A DNA stretch of 62,633 nt, the filler included, from Hausera hauseri (taxonomy: Eukaryota), in NCBI GenBank assembly GCA_046269625.1. It is 9 parts of 9 records of this genome, joined end to end, with 100 filler letters (N's around TTAATTAATTAA, not from the genome) between each part and the next. Parts side by side here need not be neighbours in the genome. Positions count along the whole stretch, not along the records: positions 52,265 to 57,976 come from JBJURY010200859.1; positions 58,077 to 62,633 come from JBJURY010529123.1; 7 more parts are not named here. One strand, 5' to 3'. Both the position numbers and the translations under genes were made by a program. Numbering within the stretch: the first letter of the stretch is position 1; each line of letters starts with the position of its first letter. Positions 56,157 to 62,633 of the stretch are shown here, piece by piece. The notes beneath the pieces were generated by a model. That model was not told the origin of the DNA. It saw nothing but the letters and a program-made list of their open reading frames with translations, and made no database searches.

Positions 56157-56244
56157 TTTCTCCTCCCTGAAGGGCATCCTCGGAGTTGCTCACTGCGTTC
56201 GAAGAGGTGCCGACAACTTCAGGTCGTAGCAGATTCATTCTTCT

Positions 56245-57976
56245 TCACAAACTCGTTCCTGGACTCTCAGTTTCACGATTAGTTCGAGCATTTGTTTCTA
56301 GTTCATAACTATGGTGAGGCTTAATACGAACTACTCTCGTGTAACTCCCTTTCGAGTAATATTTTAAATCAGTGGCCTCGGCCCGACACACTGGACAAGT
56401 AGTTTTACCGTTTTCTAGGGTCCACTTTTCTAAACAGTTCCGGCAATATCTATGTCTACAGTCTTTATTACCTAAAATAACGAATCCTTGTAGAAGATTG
56501 GCTTCACACACAGGGAATTCTCGTTCCTCTTTTTCCCACTCTTCGTCGTCTAAATCTACCTTTATTGTGAGTTCAATTTGCTCAAACACTAGGCCTTCTT
56601 TATCTTGGTATAGGTACCCGTAAATTCTTTTTTGCTTAGGGTCCACAGAGCTTTTCCTTGGATCACCGGTCACTGTTACCAATGTCCAATCTGCTATTGT
56701 TTCGTGATCTAAGTCTGGGATTTTTATATTTGTCCGATATTTTTGGTATTGGCTTTTTAATAGGATTTTCATTTGTTTATCTACGGGCACTGTCAACTTA
56801 CCGTTTCTTCTCGATTGGAAAACTGTTGCGACGTATTTTCCTAGTTTTGGATTTTCCCATATATAAGTGTTTTCATACACTTCTTTTTTTATTGTCGTTT
56901 TAAGGTAAAACATTGCTTCTTTTATTTTCCCATGACTATAATGCTCGGTTATCACTAACATTTTGGGTCGATCTTCAATGGTTGCGAAATGTTGGTTTCC
57001 TGGTACGTGTCTATTTTTGAATATATTTACTTCGGTGAACTGTCGGTTGCTATTTGTTTTTCCCGGCTTTTCCTTCTCCGACAGATTGATCGCTGTTAAT
57101 GGGTATTCTTTTGGCGTATGGGGCGTTTCCTGATCCTGTTGTGGTACCGGCATTTTATGCGTTTTCTTAAATATGTAATCATAAAGGGAAAGTTTTCTTT
57201 TTGGTTTCTGACTTGACAGTTCAATCCTTTTCTTTTTCTTCGGAATTAATGGGATTTTAAATATTTCGCTTTTGACCATTTCTTTGATCGGTGTCTGGGA
57301 AACTTCATAGCTGGTACCGGGCAACTCATTTAGATTGTTCCGAGGTATGGTTATTCTTAAGCTCTCTGTTCCCGTTTTCTCATTAATTTTTTTGTCCGTT
57401 CGGCGACAACTGGGTGCATTCCAATTTCTCTCATTCCCACGAGTTTGGATGAAGAAAGTTCTAACAAGTTTATGATTTCATCCACGCGATATTATACAAG
57501 GATGTAACCGTATAATCAATGTTCTAATTCTCTTTGCACGAGATTAATATCCTTTCCGTTTCCTAGACTTTCTTTACGAATTCCTGTTTGATCGTAGTAC
57601 GTCTCCCTGACACGCCTTCTCGGGCTAATAATTGTATGGTATATTTCCGTCCCGTTTGTTTCTCTGATTGGTACTTTTATCGGAATTCTTTCTGCATCAT
57701 TTCCTTCTCCGCAATTTACGGCTATCATCCTCACATTTGTAGTACCCGATACTAATTTATAAGTATAAGGAGATTCCTATCTCATGCTCAGACGGCTTTC
57801 GTTGAAACATTAAAGGCGGCAACGGAGTATAAGGTTGTTCGTCGTAAGTCACTTTGAACATTTGTTTGACTGGAAGCGTGGTTACCCGAAATTCCAATTC
57901 ATAATTTTGTAAATCCCTACTCCATAATCTAAACGTGTTGAACCTGTACTATCTTGCATTATTTACATTCCAATCT
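56245..57976 (-). pseudogene. Gypsy accessory ORF copy 2: DEDDh-like remnant, linker, conserved domain, RING
   Basis: 57516-57734 (MIAVNCGE..TNGTEIYHTIISP..TGI..GKD) aligns to the copy 1 exonuclease-like part; 56245-57324 aligns to the copy 1 C-half; RING FPVC..CRHRYCRNC..CPVC at 56386-56517. Confidence 0.85.
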
Positions 57977-58076
57977 NNNNNNNNNNNNNNNNNNNNNNNN
58001 NNNNNNNNNNNNNNNNNNNNTTAATTAATTAANNNNNNNNNNNNNNNNNNNNNNNNNNNNNNNNNNNNNNNNNNNN

Positions 58077-58704
58077 AGATTCTGTTCTCTTGCTTGCTTC
58101 AGCCATATGAGCACTCCTTCATCAAGCTTCGGGTTGTGTGTATTCGTCAATTTCATGCGCTTTTATGGAACACCAGCTTTGATTGCAGCCTCGATTGCAT
58201 CCTTTTGCTGAGAATGCCCTTCACGGCGGTTCTCTTAACTTTGACGCCCCATTTCTTGCTTATCTCCATGGCCAACTTGGATTGATTCGGCTCCCTCTTC
58301 GCGGAATCGATGATCTCTTTCTCCTTTAACTTAAAGTTGGTTCGCTTACGTTTCTGAGCTGACATTNNNNNNNNNNATGTCACTATTGTGCGATTGTTTA
58401 TGTATGCTCGCGCTTTTGTGTCCCTCTTATGAGCTTCTGTTGTAGACTTGTCGCTGTACGTATTGTGATTGGTTTGCTGTAGTTGTTATCTGCGAGAAGC
58501 ATCACGTGTTTGATCTCGACACAGTCAAACTATGCATGTACGTATTAAGTTATGTTGTTCAGTTACACAATATTGGCATAGTAACGAGAGTAGAGAGTGG
58601 TATAGTAAATTTATTTTGTATTTAATTTTGTCTGAACGTAGTAAAAGTGGTATGACAGCAAGAGTGGCATAGTATCGAGGTGGCATAGTAACCAGATTTG
58701 ACTG
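58077..58704 (-). mobile_element. pogo/Tigger transposon 5' end inserted in Gypsy gag leader
   Basis: TA (58705-58706) plus CAGTCAAATCT terminus; subterminal TGGCATAGTA repeats; MSAQKRKR..HTH and PKLDEGVLIWLKQAR CENP-B-like domain. Confidence 0.85.
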
Positions 58705-58706
58705 TA

Positions 58707-60100
58707 TAAGAAAACCCTCAGTATTTTAACGACATATTATCGACTCGAGAACGAATATTGATAGACATAAATCAGAAGATAATTTAAACTTAGTCTCTAA
58801 CAGTGAAGAAAATATTAATTTACGCGAAACGCGCAACAAAGTTTATAGACAGGAAAAAACATTGAGTAGACGTACGTTATCTGAGACAAATTTAACTAAT
58901 ATTGAACCGACTGAATTAAATGCTGTTGAGCAACCTATAGAATTTAAAATCCCTGATAAGAAAATTAGAACTCGTAAGTTAATTAAGCAAAATTTAATAA
59001 ACATTGAAAACATTGTCGAGAATCAAGCAGTAGCGGAGAAGCTGGACATTTTTACGTTTGACTCTCTGAATCTGCCAGAGTACGACGGAGACCCGGACGG
59101 ACTTAATGAATTTTTGAGAACCTATAACTTGCACTCAGAGGGTGCTGGACTCGCATTTAACGTAATGATTAAATGTTTGTCGTTATATTTTAAGAATTTG
59201 GCCGCTGATGCTTATAGTGAACTCATTGATGATGAGGAGAAATCTTGGTCCTCCCTGGTAGGAGCCTTAAACCAATGATTATTACCGACGGTAACTCCGC
59301 AACAAAAACTTATGGCTTTCCAAAATAGGATGCAAGAGAAGGGTGAATCGGTAATTTTGTTTGCATTCGCGTTGAAGAAACGCGAATAGTTATCTGAATA
59401 GTTTAAGGATAGCTAATGTAGCTAAGGCTAAAAGTGACGCAGAACGTGAAGCTGCGGAAAAGGCGAGCCCTCTAGATTTAGACGTCATGATGATGACGCA
59501 GTTAATAAATGGCATCTGGTCTAAAGACATAGTGAAATAGTTGATTTTAGAACAATCAGAAAATTTTGAGAGAACCTTGCAGTTAGCTCAAGACTTAGAA
59601 ATGGCATTGGATATATATGCTAAAAACAACGATAGAAACGATAGAAACGATAGAAACTATGATCGAAACGATCGTAATGATAGAAACCGGAATGATAATC
59701 GTGGTAGAGATGATAAGCGATTTAACAGAAATTATGGAAATAGAAATCGGAATAGTAATAATGACTATAGAAATAATCGGTATGATAACCGAAATTTTGG
59801 GAATTACCGAAACAGCTCATCTAGCAAACCAAACTATGGTATAAATAGACGTTCAGATGGTACTAGAAGTTTTAATAATGGAAATTGGTATAATAATAAC
59901 CGAAGTAATGATAATCGTCAAAATATGGATACTAGACAAGTTCCGTCAAATCAGAATTATAGTAGAAATTCGAGCATATCCAAATCAGCAGTAAATGAAG
60001 ATGTCGACAAATAATCGGAATAAATGGTAATCTAATTTACTACACATGTGGACAAGAAGGACACGTAGCGAAGTCCAGTCCAAACTCACAAACTGTTTCG
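58707..60100 (+). pseudogene. gag: Gypsy gag (same family as 4334-4782), degraded
   Basis: LPEYDGDPDGLNEFL..YFKNLAADAY..SWSSL..RMQEKGESV, N/R/D-rich repeat 59628-59790, degenerate knuckle YYTCGQEGHVAKS near 60035-60078. Confidence 0.88.
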
Positions 60101-60249
60101 TTTGTTGAGCTTAGTAAAACTAGCGTACTTAAAATGAGAATTTAGAAGCAATCTGAGGTACCGTAAGAATACGAGCATGATCATCGAAATAAAATTTGCG
60201 ACATGTTTTAAAAGGCCAAGTTGATACTAATGACCCCAAAGTCTTAATG

Positions 60250-62633
60250 GCCAGGAATGACTATGAGCACAATTTACGACTGCTCGAAGTTTAACATGGC
60301 CTCCGCGAGCCAGAAACTGAATATGAACGGTCTATAGCCCCACTAAAACCCAATAAAGTGCCAGAGAAAGTGAATGAACCGAAAACCTCGAAGGAAGTAG
60401 ATTTAGATGAAGAACACGAATACACGGTCGAAAAAGTAAACAAAACTATAGAAATTGATGAAGAAAAAGAATTTATGGAACCGCTGATACTTAAAATTAT
60501 GAAAAATAGAGGCCGTAGCCCATCGTTAAAGAGAAAACGTAAGGATCGTTCGTGATCTCCGATGATTAAGGAAAAGTTAGACAAAGCAAACGAGACTGAA
60601 ATCGCTCTAGAAAGCGACGTAGAGTTCAGTCTGAATACCTCAGAAATTGATTTAACTACACATGTTGGAATAGAAGAATTGACAGAATCAGTAAATGAAA
60701 TAAACGATATACGTCCGTTACCTACTAGTGACGAAGAGACGGAACAAAGTGAGAGGTTTAATAAAAAAAGTGGGCAATCAGAAGAAGGTTCAAATATTCT
60801 GATGAATTAAAGAAAATGAGAATTAATTGCCTCGATCCAAAAGTATTGCAAATATTGTTCAAACAAATGAGTGAACAATTTGACATTTCCGGTAAAGAAC
60901 AACAATTTGTGGAAAGATTATATAAAAGTTTGAAACTATGTGGTCAAGGAAGACTCAGTGAAGCAATAGTCTTAGAGCAACCTGAAGAAGTATCATCAGA
61001 AACGTTGGCGAAATGGAAACACGAGTTAGAATCATGGGTTAAAAGTGGAGTCGAGTTTTCAGAAGGGTGGAGTAGAGATGAGGACAGTCTGGATGTAAAA
61101 GTTGCTAAAGCCTATACGTTATTGACCACGTTAGAAACAAATCCCAAACTAAAAAGACTAATACGTAATTTAGAGCTCATCATGGATGGAATCAGATTTG
61201 AAAAGGTTGTTCGACTCGGAGAGAAACCGGTTAATGAACGAAATGAAATTGATTTAGAAATATTGGGCATAGACCCAGTAGATATCCCTCCTTTAATGGA
61301 GATGATAAAATTGCTTCCACGGCATCTAAACAATATGTGAATCTAGAGGATTGTATTAAGATTGAAAATGAGAAACGGTCACAAATTTACAGCTTGAGAA
61401 ATAGAATTATGCGTATGAATAATGAGGAAAAACAGAATATAATTAAGGTCTGTATTCTTGAATTTGATCAGTATAAAGATGAATTCAACTATGCCAACCA
61501 GATCATGGGTTTTTAAAAGGTCCTGATGACGAATTGGAAGACGCTCATAAAACGCTAGACAAAGCAATACTAGCGAAACCTGTAATACCTGATCAACTAA
61601 AGGAATGAACCGAATTAATATTGAGACTAAGTCAACAAATGGGAAACCGTATAAAAGAGTTTCCAGAAAGCAAACCAATAGTGAGGCAACAATTGGAAGA
61701 AACTTTGAGAAACTTAGACATTATGAGAGCAGAAGTAGATATTCGAACGAATTTGAATGAATTGAGACAGTTAGAATTTATGAGTAAACCTGAAGTGATG
61801 ACGGCCCTGAAGGAAATATATAAAATGATCGAAAAAACGGACTTGAAATTGAAACGAAATTTGATATGCAAAATCTACCAATACATTTGAAGGCTTCGCC
61901 TAATAAGAGTCCAACACTTAACGGAAAAGTCCTTATAATGCAAGTACGGAAAATGATACAGATTCGTTCAGAGCATAAGAACTCTATTGTAAATGCGTTA
62001 AAGTTCTTGCAAAATCCAATTAATTGGATACTTGAAACTGATCAAAAATGGCACACCAAATTAACGGAAATAATGGGAAACCACCGACTTGCCATGGAAG
62101 AAACAAGATTCGTAAAGAAACTAGTTACAGAGATCGATCCAGACTATCAAATCTTAGAATGGATAAATAAATTGGTCCTATTGTTACTCGAAATGGCCGA
62201 AATGAGTGATGAAAAGATGAGACTGCTACAGACCCAAATACTCTAAGTTCGGAAAATGCAAATTCGCACTGATTAAGGAAAAGTAGCTATAGATTAATTA
62301 ACACAAGAGGTGAAAGTTTATAGAAATAAATGTGCTATTACGGAGTCAGAAATAGCTGCCAAATCACAATTTGTACAAGGATGGCAAAGAGCCGTAGCCT
62401 CTAAATTAACTAATTATCAAGAAAAAGGGATTGATCCAGGACGAAGAATTATGCCAGTTGATAACATTATTGCGTCAAACTTCTGGAAATGGACGTTGCT
62501 TCCGAGCGACATAAATTGGTAAAATGCAACACAAATTGCACGAACTAAGAGAATCGATACGTGATACGAACGCAGTCCGACTAGAGGATATGCCAGTAAT
62601 TGATTACGGACTGCCAGAGAATGAAAACGATCC
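60250..62633 (+). pseudogene. Long degraded coding region downstream of gag, unknown function
   Basis: Chain of same-strand ORF fragments (60358, 60562, 60816, 61621, 61866, 62310), acidic then helical or coiled-coil-like; no protease or RT motif recognised before the window end. Confidence 0.6.

Noticed and set aside
59628-59790. Short tandem repeats (AACGATAGA)n as CRISPR or satellite
   Set aside because: In-frame N/D/R low-complexity coding sequence of gag; no repeat-spacer structure.

Overview
Eukaryotic (metazoan invertebrate) DNA in nine segments joined by eight artificial 100-nt N-TTAATTAATTAA-N linkers, so order across linkers is not evidence of synteny. Most of it is mobile DNA. (1) A Gypsy/Metaviridae LTR family appears in three segments (4334-12384, 55421-57976, 58707-62633). 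After RT-RNase H-integrase it carries an env-like type I membrane protein. It then carries a probably spliced ~795-aa accessory ORF combining an apparently inactive REX4/ISG20-like DEDDh exonuclease fold with a C-terminal C3HC4 RING finger. This architecture recurs in two divergent copies and is the best candidate for an undescribed system. (2) An intact Gmr1-like LTR element with integrase upstream of RT (18392-24368). (3) Decayed Polinton/adintovirus-like elements: two pPolB pseudogenes, major capsid, penton, adenain protease, a tandemly duplicated AGTAG terminus inserted into a piggyBac, and accessory TBP-like, dUTPase, DEDD-like and TRAF/MATH genes. (4) Host genes: ALAD with 40-45-nt introns plus one TE-filled 3.75-kb intron, a five-exon PH-domain gene, and a PM20D2-like pseudogene. 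(5) Many Tc1/mariner, pogo, piggyBac, LINE and SINE remnants. All family calls come from reading motifs by eye; no searches were run.
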